Of a DNA stretch of 64,000 bases, positions 44,316-52,683 are shown piece by piece (the stretch's first letter is position 1; each line of letters opens with the position of its first letter). The translations under genes and the position numbers were made by a program. Source of the DNA: Armatimonadota bacterium (GTDB taxonomy: Bacteria; Armatimonadota; Fimbriimonadia; Fimbriimonadales; Fimbriimonadaceae); assembly GCA_023392285.1 (NCBI GenBank), contig JAEVZK010000091.1, positions 5,208 through 69,207 of the forward strand, read 5' to 3'. Below the pieces are notes generated by a model. It was not told the DNA's origin, did not search any database, and saw only the letters and a list, made by a program, of their open reading frames with translations.

Positions 44316-46030
44316 GACGGCTGTTCCTACTCGCGGCCTTGGCGTTATCGGCGTGGGCTGGAGCGGAGCGGTATGCGATCTTGGTCGCGGTCGACAGCTA
44401 TCCTATCATCAAACCGCCGCAGCGGCAGCTCTCGGGCTCCGCCTATGACCTTCGCCTAATGGGCAAGATGATGGAGTTCTATAACTTCCAGGTGACCCAG
44501 CTTGCTCGCGGTGATGCGACGCGAGGAAAGATCATCGAGCAGATGTCTCTGCTGCAGCCTAAAATCAAGGCTGGAGATGAGGTGGTGTTTTACTTCTCGG
44601 GACGCGGGTCCGTCGCTCCACCAGTCGACGCTCCGAAGGCGAAGGTAAATTTCGAGCCGACGATCGTGCCCTATGACGGAAAGGAAACGGTCGTCGATTA
44701 CGACATCCGCATGAGCCGCCTCGAAGATTGGGCGAAGTCGATCGCCGAGCATGGCGGGAATGTCACCTTCATCATCGACGCGAGCTTCCAGTCGATTGCA
44801 CGAGACGACGTTGGCCGTCCATATAACCCGACCCCGCGCACACTTACCCGCAAGTCGACCTCCGACGGAGCGGTCCGCGACAAGCCTTACATGGGCCCTG
44901 GAATCTATCTCGGAGCTGTTCCAACCGGCGGCAGTGCGTACGAGTACCTCGTGAACACAAGCAACAACACTTGGGCAGGAGCCTTCACCGACATGCTCGT
45001 GAACGAGGTGATCAGCAAACTGCGAAACGGAGAATCTCCCACCTACTCGTCCGCCATGCGGGAGATTGAAGCGTATTTCAAAGATAAAGTCCGCCAAGAC
45101 TACATGCCGGGTTTGGCACCCTACCCCTTCACGAAAACTTTGGTGGAAGAGGCGCAGACCTATGACCGCCCCTTGTTCGGTGGCCTCAACCCGCAGACCG
45201 TGCCGCCGCCTCAGCAAGCCGAAATTCAGCATATGGACGAGGATCGGAAGGCCCGTGAGCGGAAGCTCCGCATCGGGCTAAGCTTTCCGGCGGTCCGCGA
45301 CAGGGCGTCCACCCGTGGAGACGGGTTGGAGGATGGCCGTGATCCGAAGCTGGTAGAAGACTTCACCAAGAGCGTGAGCGCGAATCTTCCTTATGCCGAG
45401 GTCGTTCCGGTTGGCGCGCCGGTGGACACCGTGGTCGCTTTTGTCAAGCAGGCCAATGGATCGTTCGAGGCTCGCATATTTGGTGACGAGGTCGATCAGA
45501 AGCGCAATCTTCGCTTTCCGGGAGCGAACGTCGAGCAAATGATGGCGGCTGGACTACGCGATCAGCTGGAACGGCAGGCACTTACGGTGAAGCTCTTCAA
45601 GCTGATCGATGAGGGCAAAGGAACCCTCGACGGTGTAGATCTTAGCGTGGAAAAAGACACCTATGCGCCATCGGATCGCTTTGCGCTTCACTTTAAGACC
45701 GGTGCCCCATCCCTCCTTTACGTCTTCGATCGAGACGATGCGGATGGCATTACTCAACTCACCTTCCCAACGATGGGCGCGACCGAGAATCTGCTTCCTG
45801 CGGGAGGCCGCGATTTCACGCCCATGATTGCGGAAGGCAGCCCCACCGGGAAAATGATGGTCAAGGGTCTCTTCGTCGAACCGTCCCCCGACCTTCCCTC
45901 CATCGAGGGGACCGATGAAAAGACGTTCAACGAAAATCTGCTCAAACACCTTCGAGCGCTAGTGCCCTTGATCGAGGGGAACAAGCTGAAATGGTTTGCC
46001 AAGGAAATTAGCCTCACGATCAAGCCGTGA
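44312..46030 (+). CDS. Secreted caspase-fold paralog with a substituted catalytic dyad (pseudo-caspase) and a DUF4384-like domain
   Basis: 572 aa. Signal peptide MRRLFLLAALALSAWAGA. Same architecture as 40456..42192, but His->Arg (FYFSGRGSV, codon 44603-44605) and Cys->Ser (FIIDASFQS, codon 44783-44785). The start overlaps the upstream stop. Confidence 0.7.
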   Translation: MRRLFLLAALALSAWAGAERYAILVAVDSYPIIKPPQRQLSGSAYDLRLMGKMMEFYNFQVTQLARGDATRGKIIEQMSLLQPKIKAGDEVVFYFSGRGSVAPPVDAPKAKVNFEPTIVPYDGKETVVDYDIRMSRLEDWAKSIAEHGGNVTFIIDASFQSIARDDVGRPYNPTPRTLTRKSTSDGAVRDKPYMGPGIYLGAVPTGGSAYEYLVNTSNNTWAGAFTDMLVNEVISKLRNGESPTYSSAMREIEAYFKDKVRQDYMPGLAPYPFTKTLVEEAQTYDRPLFGGLNPQTVPPPQQAEIQHMDEDRKARERKLRIGLSFPAVRDRASTRGDGLEDGRDPKLVEDFTKSVSANLPYAEVVPVGAPVDTVVAFVKQANGSFEARIFGDEVDQKRNLRFPGANVEQMMAAGLRDQLERQALTVKLFKLIDEGKGTLDGVDLSVEKDTYAPSDRFALHFKTGAPSLLYVFDRDDADGITQLTFPTMGATENLLPAGGRDFTPMIAEGSPTGKMMVKGLFVEPSPDLPSIEGTDEKTFNENLLKHLRALVPLIEGNKLKWFAKEISLTIKP

Positions 46031-46059
46031 TGCAATAAACTACGAGATAGAGGATATTC

Positions 46060-47205
46060 ATGCTAAAGAGGATTTTATTGGCGGGCATTCTGGCGGCTTT
46101 AACGCTGCCCGTATTCGCCGCGCCACAGCAGGACAACAGTGCCAAGTACAAGTCGGCAATCGCATGGCTCCATAAGCTGGAGCCGCAATTTTCCGCAGAG
46201 ACCAAGGAAATGGTTCCGTCGATCGAAGCGATCTTGGAACGGTATTACATGCATCCGGATGAGCTTCGGGCGAGCGAAAAGTCAATTGCAGAAGCTTTTA
46301 TCGCCACGATGCCTGAGGAAGGGGATGGCTTAAGCGGTCGAGGCTCAGCCGAAGATCGCATGAAGGAATTTGAGGGCTTGCTCGGCTCTTCTGCTCCGAA
46401 GCCAGCACCCGCAAAGGCGCCGGTAAAGAAGCCTGCGAAGAAGACTACGGCAAAGAAGCCGCCTGTGAAGAAGCCAACGCCGCCGGTGGTTCGCCGCCCA
46501 AGTACGGCCAAGTTCAAAATTCCAGGCATCACGGTACGGCCAAGCTTCAGTGCGGTGGAACGAGCCGCTCCTGGCGGCAGCCGCATCGGCGCGGTGATGG
46601 TGTCGATCGATGGCCGCAAGAAAACCGTGATCGAAATTTTGTCTCAGTCGGGTGGACTTTCTCTTCAGAAGCGAGCTCAAATAGTTGCCAATCGAATGAC
46701 CGCTCTGTCGAAGAAAAATCCGCTTTGGTGGACCACGGTTAAGGGTGGCACCGCCAAAGGGGAGGCGGTCGTCCTTGCCAGCGGTGCCCCAAGCGGATTT
46801 CTGGTGACGGCGGACAAGCAGTTTGCAAGTGAATGCGGAATGTCGCCTTCGAAGCTGGCATCCACGCTCGCGATGAAGATCCGGAATACTTTTGACCCTG
46901 ACCGCGGGGACGACTTTGGCGGGCGAGATACGACTCCGGAGGATCTGCGGCAAGCCGCGATCGACTTGCGTCAAGAAGGCGACGAACTCTATTCGACCTC
47001 TCCTGCCCAGGCGGAATCCAAATATCTGGCGGCAATTCAGAACGATTCGTCGTATCACCTCTCTTATTTGAGGCTTGCGGACATGTACAAGTCGCAGGGC
47101 AACACGGAGAAAGCCAAGGCCATCCTAAACCAAGGTATGGCGGTTGCGGCGATTACCGGCGAACAGCGCCAGGAACTCGAAGCGAAGCTAAAGAGTTTAG
47201 GCTAA
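46060..47205 (+). CDS. Secreted protein with a Lys/Pro-rich linker and TPR-like C-terminus
   Basis: 381 aa. Signal peptide ILLAGILAALTLPVFAAP. Linker KPAPAKAPVKKPAKKTTAKKPPVKKPTPP. C-terminal TPR-like YLAAIQNDSSYHLSYLRLADMYKSQGNTEKAKAILNQG. Confidence 0.6.
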   Translation: MLKRILLAGILAALTLPVFAAPQQDNSAKYKSAIAWLHKLEPQFSAETKEMVPSIEAILERYYMHPDELRASEKSIAEAFIATMPEEGDGLSGRGSAEDRMKEFEGLLGSSAPKPAPAKAPVKKPAKKTTAKKPPVKKPTPPVVRRPSTAKFKIPGITVRPSFSAVERAAPGGSRIGAVMVSIDGRKKTVIEILSQSGGLSLQKRAQIVANRMTALSKKNPLWWTTVKGGTAKGEAVVLASGAPSGFLVTADKQFASECGMSPSKLASTLAMKIRNTFDPDRGDDFGGRDTTPEDLRQAAIDLRQEGDELYSTSPAQAESKYLAAIQNDSSYHLSYLRLADMYKSQGNTEKAKAILNQGMAVAAITGEQRQELEAKLKSLG

Positions 47206-47229
47206 CAACCCAAGCGCGTTTTGACATTT

Positions 47230-47262
47230 AGCCCCGTTCCTGCAACGGGGCTATCCTTTTAA
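47230..47262 (+). terminator. Rho-independent terminator closing the long plus-strand gene array
   Basis: Perfect 9-bp stem AGCCCCGTT (47230-47238) / AACGGGGCT (47244-47252), 5-nt loop, followed by ATCCTTTTAATT. Confidence 0.65.
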
Positions 47263-47278
47263 TTGTAAGACAAAGACC

Positions 47279-47968
47279 ATGCTGCAGATCTGGGACTACA
47301 TTAGGCACCTCGATGAACACATCGCGGAGATGATCAAGAACTACGGTGCCTGGTCGTATGGCATTCTGTTTGGCATTGTTTTCGCAGAAACCGGGTTCGT
47401 GATCACGCCCTTTCTTCCTGGGGACACGCTCCTTTTCGCGGCGGGTCTGTTCTCTCGTCCGGAAACGGCAGACCACACGGGCGGCCTCAACATTTGGCTT
47501 ACACTGGCCGTGCTGACGGCGGCACCCCTTTGCGGCGACAACATCAACTATTTCTTCGGGAAATGGCTTGGCCCGAGGCTGTTCAAAAACGAGAATTCAA
47601 AGATCTTCCGCAAGAGCTACTTGGACCGGACCCACGCATTTTTCGAGAAGCACGGGGCAAAAACAATCATCCTCGCTCGATGGGTGCCGATTGTTCGAAC
47701 CTTTGCCCCGTTTGTGGCCGGAATGGGAGCGATGCCTTATCTCCAGTTCCTTCGCAATAGCATTATCGGCGCGATTCTCTGGGTCTGGCTACTTGTGAGT
47801 GCGGGTTATTTCTTTGGTGGCCTGCCCTGGGTGCGAGACAACTTTGAGTTAGCGATGGTCGCGATGATCTTTATCACAGCTGGCCCGGTTGCTTTCGAAG
47901 TCATCAAGAGTCGCTATCATGCGAAAAAAGAGGCGAAAGAACCTGCTGCCGCCGTGGATAGTCACTAA
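47279..47968 (+). CDS. DedA-family (VTT domain) membrane protein
   Basis: 229 aa. FAETGFVITPFLPGDTLLFAAG and ARWVPIVRTFAPFVAGMGAM are DedA hallmarks. Confidence 0.9.
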   Translation: MLQIWDYIRHLDEHIAEMIKNYGAWSYGILFGIVFAETGFVITPFLPGDTLLFAAGLFSRPETADHTGGLNIWLTLAVLTAAPLCGDNINYFFGKWLGPRLFKNENSKIFRKSYLDRTHAFFEKHGAKTIILARWVPIVRTFAPFVAGMGAMPYLQFLRNSIIGAILWVWLLVSAGYFFGGLPWVRDNFELAMVAMIFITAGPVAFEVIKSRYHAKKEAKEPAAAVDSH

Positions 47969-48029
47969 TCTCTAGCTTCGAGATTAGGAGACCAGCATAC
48001 AAATTGTAAGAACCGGCCAAATTGCCCGA

Positions 48030-49640
48030 GTGCTTGCTAAGCACGGACTCGACTGGCTGTCGCATAGCGACAGTCCGTGGCGAGTTCTTGCGCTGCCAAA
48101 GAAGTGGTTTAAGCACCGACCGGAAAGGACTCAAGCGGAGCGTGTGCGGCTTGCGATTGAAGAGCTGGGCACCACCTATATCAAACTGGGACAGGCGATC
48201 AGCACACGCACCGATCTTCTGCCTCCTGAGTACATCGTCGAGCTAAGCAAACTTCAAGATGACGCTCCCTCGATTCCCTATGAGGAAGTCCGAAAAGTCA
48301 TAGAATCGGAGCTTGGGGAGTCGCCGGAACTCTTGTTCAAATGCTTCGAAAAGGAGCCGGAAGCGGCCGCCTCGATCGGTCAAGTCCATCGCGCGGTCTT
48401 GTTCGACGGCACCGAAGTCGTGGTTAAAGTGCAGCGCCCCGGCACAAGTGAGCGCGTCGAGCAAGATCTCGCGGTGCTGAAAGATTTCGCTCAGCTGGTC
48501 ACCGCAAACACGAATCTCGGCCGTCGGTATGACTTTTTGGGTTGGCTGGAGGAGTTTGCGTTCACCATTAGAAACGAATTGGATTTCCGGCGAGAGGGCC
48601 GCAACGCCGATCGCATTCGGGAGAATTTTCTGGATGACCCAGACCTGATTATTCCAAAGATCTTCTGGAAATACACATCCAAGAAAGTCATCGTGATGCA
48701 AATGATTCGCGGCATCAAGCTGAGCGATGCCGACGCGCTGGAGCGGGCTAATGTCGACAAGCTGCAGCTCGCGAGGACGTGCGCACGAATCGTCTTGACG
48801 GAGATCTTTCGGCACGGCTTCTTTCATGCCGATCCTCACCCCGGTAATTTTTTCGTTTTTCCCGACGGCAAAATTGCAATGATTGACCTGGGGATGGTCG
48901 GACGGCTCGACGAGGCCACGCGAGAATCTCTGATGAGGGTAACGCTCGACCTCGCCCACGAGGATGCTGATGCGCTGGTCGACGAACTCCTGATCCTTGG
49001 GGTGCCGCGCGCTCCAGTTCGGAGGCAAGATCTGCGAATTCAGTTGGACAAGCTCATCCAAACTTATGTCGAGGGCCCGCCCGAAGATTTTTCGGTCGCT
49101 CGTCTCCTCAATGGAGTGCTCGCCATCGCCGCCAAGCATCGCATTCACGTTCCGAATGATTTGCTTTTCCTAGCGAAAACCATTGCGATGTGTGAGGGGC
49201 TGAGCACGATGCTGGACTCGAACTTTAAGCTCGTGGATTACCTGCGCAGCTTTCTGGAAGCGTACATGCACGAGATGAGGCAGCCTTCGGTTATCCAATC
49301 GCGGCTCAAGGCAAATTCGGTGGATATGGCCGATCTGGCGCTCACATTACCAAAGAAGGCGAGAAGATTATTCGGACAGCTGGAGCGGGGCGAAATTACG
49401 TTTGTGGCTCGCCTCGAGGAAGGCGACAAATACCTGCGCGGCTTGCAACGAGCGGCGAACCGTCTCTCGACCGCAGTGGTCTTAGCGAGTCTGATCGTTG
49501 GATTGAGTTACGTGATCAGCCGTTCGCCCAATTCAGGCTTCATCACGACCATGTACCAGTTGATCCTGCTCGCTCTCGCCGTCGTTGGAATCGGGCTTAT
49601 CGTCTCGACCATACGGTCGAAAGAAAATTCAGGTGAATAG
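48030..49640 (+). CDS. ABC1/UbiB-family atypical kinase
   Basis: 536 aa. LGTTYIKLGQAISTRTDLLPPEYIVELSKLQDD, PEAAASIGQVHRA, FFHADPHPGNFFV and IAMIDLGMVG, with C-terminal TM helices. Confidence 0.9.
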   Translation: MLAKHGLDWLSHSDSPWRVLALPKKWFKHRPERTQAERVRLAIEELGTTYIKLGQAISTRTDLLPPEYIVELSKLQDDAPSIPYEEVRKVIESELGESPELLFKCFEKEPEAAASIGQVHRAVLFDGTEVVVKVQRPGTSERVEQDLAVLKDFAQLVTANTNLGRRYDFLGWLEEFAFTIRNELDFRREGRNADRIRENFLDDPDLIIPKIFWKYTSKKVIVMQMIRGIKLSDADALERANVDKLQLARTCARIVLTEIFRHGFFHADPHPGNFFVFPDGKIAMIDLGMVGRLDEATRESLMRVTLDLAHEDADALVDELLILGVPRAPVRRQDLRIQLDKLIQTYVEGPPEDFSVARLLNGVLAIAAKHRIHVPNDLLFLAKTIAMCEGLSTMLDSNFKLVDYLRSFLEAYMHEMRQPSVIQSRLKANSVDMADLALTLPKKARRLFGQLERGEITFVARLEEGDKYLRGLQRAANRLSTAVVLASLIVGLSYVISRSPNSGFITTMYQLILLALAVVGIGLIVSTIRSKENSGE

Positions 49641-49666
49641 GCTCCCCGTCTGAGTAGACGAGGAGC
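49641..49666. other. Hairpin between convergent genes (possible bidirectional terminator; no clear U-tract)
   Basis: GCTCCCCGTCT-gagt-AGACGAGGAGC, an 11-bp stem with one mismatch. Confidence 0.3.
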
Positions 49667-49675
49667 ACAAAATTC

Positions 49676-50233
49676 CTAGAGCTTCCAGAAAAGGAAGGAC
49701 AGTTTCAATTCGTAGCCGCTAAAGTCAAAATCGTCAGCTTTCGAGAAGTAATTGTAGGCTGCAGAAAGGCGGATCCGCTCGCTCAGAAGGATTCCGACTT
49801 CGGCGTTCGCCGTAAATGATACGCGATTGTTCGTAATTCGGTTGCTGCCGCTCGGATCAATCGAATAGTCGAGATAGGCGGCACCCGCGCCAACGCGGTA
49901 GTAAGGTCGGGTCGAGCTGCCCGGCACGCCGAACTGCTGGCCCACGCCAACCGTCACGGGAACGGCCAAGAAACGGTTTCCATCGCGGCTTGCGCCAATG
50001 ACCGCGAAATTGAACTGCGGCTTGAACTTGTTCGGCTGATTGTTGTTAATAAAATTGAGACCGAATCGGGGAAGCGTCGAGCCGAAAACATTTTTAATCA
50101 CGCTGTCGGTCGGGAAATATGCTCCGACTTCGACGCCAAGGTATGTTCCGCTTCCACCCGGATTCTGAGCGAAAGCGCATGTGACCGAAGCGGCCGCCAC
50201 GGCTGTCGCGAGAATATTCCACTTAAATTGCAT
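49676..50233 (-). CDS. Small outer-membrane beta-barrel protein (OmpW/porin-family-like)
   Basis: ATG at 50233 preceded by GGAGGAACA. MQFKWNILATAVAAASVTCAFAQ is a signal peptide. Alternating beta-strand pattern and C-terminal ...LKLSFLFWKL. Confidence 0.7.
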   Translation of the reverse strand: MQFKWNILATAVAAASVTCAFAQNPGGSGTYLGVEVGAYFPTDSVIKNVFGSTLPRFGLNFINNNQPNKFKPQFNFAVIGASRDGNRFLAVPVTVGVGQQFGVPGSSTRPYYRVGAGAAYLDYSIDPSGSNRITNNRVSFTANAEVGILLSERIRLSAAYNYFSKADDFDFSGYELKLSFLFWKL

Positions 50234-50277
50234 TGTTCCTCCTGCTTTACGCAAACCTACTAAAACATGATTATGGT

Positions 50278-51057
50278 CTACTTCGCAATGTTTCCACAGA
50301 TTGAGGGTGAAAAGTTCTCCTGAGTGAAGGGCAGCGTAAGGTTGACTTGGTGACCAATGGGCACAAATCCGAGCGAAGCGTACAGCTTCGGAGCGGTTGC
50401 CGAAAGCCAGACGAGAGGCTCTCCCGTGCCGAAGGCGTGAGCAAGGAGCAGTTCGCAGGCCTGCCGTGCGAGCCCCCGCCCCCGGAACTTCGGCCGAGTC
50501 GCCACGGAAACCAGCTCCATCACGTCCCCTTCGATGGTGAGCATCGCGCTCGACGCAGGTTCCCCGTCATGCCTGAGAAGCGCCGCTACCAGGTTCCCCC
50601 CTCGAATCCGTTCCAATCGACGATTTACCGCGCTCTGGTCCACTTCGAACGGATGGCCAAACGCCTCCGCTTCGATCATGGCCACTTGGATCATTTCATC
50701 TTGGGTAGAAACTGGGCGAGCGGAAGAATTCTTGGCAATGACCGGACGATCGCAGATCATCAAGGGCAGCCTCATTTCGGCGAGAAAGCCTTCACTTAGG
50801 AGCAATCGGTTGACATCCGGCCAGAGCGGCTCAAGCAACTCGACTCTTGGAGTTTTGCCACGTGACCGAAAGGCCTGCACCATCTGACAAACCTCTGCCG
50901 GAGAACTCGATTCTTTTACTGGTACGGCGAAGTTCGTCCATGGGCGGTCTGAACCGGCCAGCTGCATCAGGTGGAACGCGCCGACATCGAAATGTTCTCG
51001 ATCTCGCCTCCCCGCCGAAATCATCGATTGATTCAGGCGGAGCAGCAGATCGCGCAT
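50278..51057 (-). CDS. GNAT-family N-acetyltransferase
   Basis: 259 aa. Acetyl-CoA motif VSVATRPKFRGRGLARQACELLLAHAF. The start overlaps the dnaA stop by 1 nt (TGATG). Confidence 0.8.
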   Translation of the reverse strand: MRDLLLRLNQSMISAGRRDREHFDVGAFHLMQLAGSDRPWTNFAVPVKESSSPAEVCQMVQAFRSRGKTPRVELLEPLWPDVNRLLLSEGFLAEMRLPLMICDRPVIAKNSSARPVSTQDEMIQVAMIEAEAFGHPFEVDQSAVNRRLERIRGGNLVAALLRHDGEPASSAMLTIEGDVMELVSVATRPKFRGRGLARQACELLLAHAFGTGEPLVWLSATAPKLYASLGFVPIGHQVNLTLPFTQENFSPSICGNIAK

Positions 51058-52439
51058 CAGAATTCGCGATGGAGCGTATTGATGAGCATCTTCACGGCTG
51101 ACTTGAGATCGTTGTCGCGGAGCATCATCTCGTTGACCCGGTTATAGCCATGCATCATCGAAGTGTGGTCCCGATCGCCAAATAGGTGGCCGATGTGCTT
51201 CCAGGAATCTTTGGTGAGCTCGCGGGTGACGAAAATCGCCACATGGCGGGCATGAACGATCGGAGCCTTTCTGGAAGAACCCTGAATGTCCGAACTTGGA
51301 ATCTTATAGTGTCGGCTTACCGCCTCGACGATCTCTTGGAAGCCCGGCTTTTCGGTGATTTCGCGTGAATAGTCTTTCTCGATTAAGGTTTCCGCCGATT
51401 GCTTGGTGATCGGCTGGTGATAAACGCTCGATTCCACCGCCAGCTTCGTCATCGCTCCCACTAGGCGACGGATATTTCCCGGCACATTCTCAGCGAGATA
51501 CATCGCCACTTCGAGAGGAAGTTGAACCGCCTCCTGCTTGGCCTTGGACATCAGAATGGCGCAGCGCGTCTCGGTATCCGGCATCTGAATGTCGGCGACC
51601 AAACCCGCTTCGAACCGAGAACGAAGTCGCTCATCCATGAGGTACAGGTCGCGAGGGGGCCGATCGGACGTGAGCACGATCTGCTTACCCAGGCTTTGCA
51701 GGTGGTTGAACGTATGAAAGAATTCTTCCGATGTCTTGGTTTTCTCGGCGATGAATTGAATGTCATCGATGAGCCACAGGCTGACGTTCCGCTGCTGTCG
51801 CCGGAAGGATTCGATTCTATTGTTCTGCAGCGCTTGGATAAAGCCTTCCGCAAACTGTTGAGCCGTGATGTAGACGAGAGAAAAATTCGGTACCCGGCCC
51901 TGAATTTCTCGAGCAATCGCATGCAGTAGATGGGTCTTGCCAACCCCAGACGCACCATAGATGAAGAGCGGATTGTATTTCTTACCGGGATCGGAGGCGA
52001 CGTTCTTCGCGCCAGCAAAGGCAAGCCGATTACTTTGCCCCACGATGAACGATTCGAATGAATACCGATCGTTCGGAATGAAGACTTCTTTCTCCGGGGC
52101 GGGAGCGGGCATGCTGATGGAAGAATTCTTCTCGACTCCGTTCTTCTCGCGAAGCTCAAGGTTGAGCTCGATCATCACCGCCATGCCAAGCTCGTCGCCT
52201 AAATAATTTTGAAGAATATTGAGATACCGCTCTCGCACCCATTCCAACACGAACCGCCCTGGAACGGCGATTTTGACCTGCGTCCCGTCGACGCCAAGGG
52301 GTCGTAACGGTTTTAGAAAACGTTCAAACCACTGGGGCGGCACGTCGGGAGACAGCCTTCGGAGGGTGTTCTGCCAAGCTTGTTGTAATCGGATGTTGTC
52401 GGGTGAATCATCAAAGGAATACTGGTCTCTCATCTTCAC
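51057..52439 (-). CDS. dnaA: Chromosomal replication initiator protein DnaA
   Basis: 460 aa. Walker A GASGVGKTHLLHAI, DDIQFIAEKTKTSEEFFHTFN, sensor/box VII SDRPP, and the C-terminal DNA-binding region RKAPIVHARHVAIFVTRELT...HTSMMHGYNRV. Confidence 0.95.
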   Translation of the reverse strand: MKMRDQYSFDDSPDNIRLQQAWQNTLRRLSPDVPPQWFERFLKPLRPLGVDGTQVKIAVPGRFVLEWVRERYLNILQNYLGDELGMAVMIELNLELREKNGVEKNSSISMPAPAPEKEVFIPNDRYSFESFIVGQSNRLAFAGAKNVASDPGKKYNPLFIYGASGVGKTHLLHAIAREIQGRVPNFSLVYITAQQFAEGFIQALQNNRIESFRRQQRNVSLWLIDDIQFIAEKTKTSEEFFHTFNHLQSLGKQIVLTSDRPPRDLYLMDERLRSRFEAGLVADIQMPDTETRCAILMSKAKQEAVQLPLEVAMYLAENVPGNIRRLVGAMTKLAVESSVYHQPITKQSAETLIEKDYSREITEKPGFQEIVEAVSRHYKIPSSDIQGSSRKAPIVHARHVAIFVTRELTKDSWKHIGHLFGDRDHTSMMHGYNRVNEMMLRDNDLKSAVKMLINTLHREF

Positions 52440-52683
52440 TTCAAGGCGGTCAAAAATGACCGGGCGGGGAAGGAAAGTATAACACGCAAAAACGCTTGCA
52501 TCGCCGAAGATCAGGCATTGAAAATTGTTGAAATTTCAGCCATCGCAGTCTGCGAATGGCAGATACAACCGAATATGAACGTTTTCCTGCATTTTTCTGC
52601 GGTTATTGAAAATGCTAGGTGAAACTCTGATGTGGACTAACAAGTGTCTACCACAATGCAAAGGTTGATAGTAGCGCAAACTA

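Noticed and set aside
52440-52683. oriC / DnaA-box cluster upstream of dnaA
   Set aside because: Only 6-7/9 matches to TTATCCACA were found by eye, and there is no obvious AT-rich unwinding element. That is not enough to annotate an origin.
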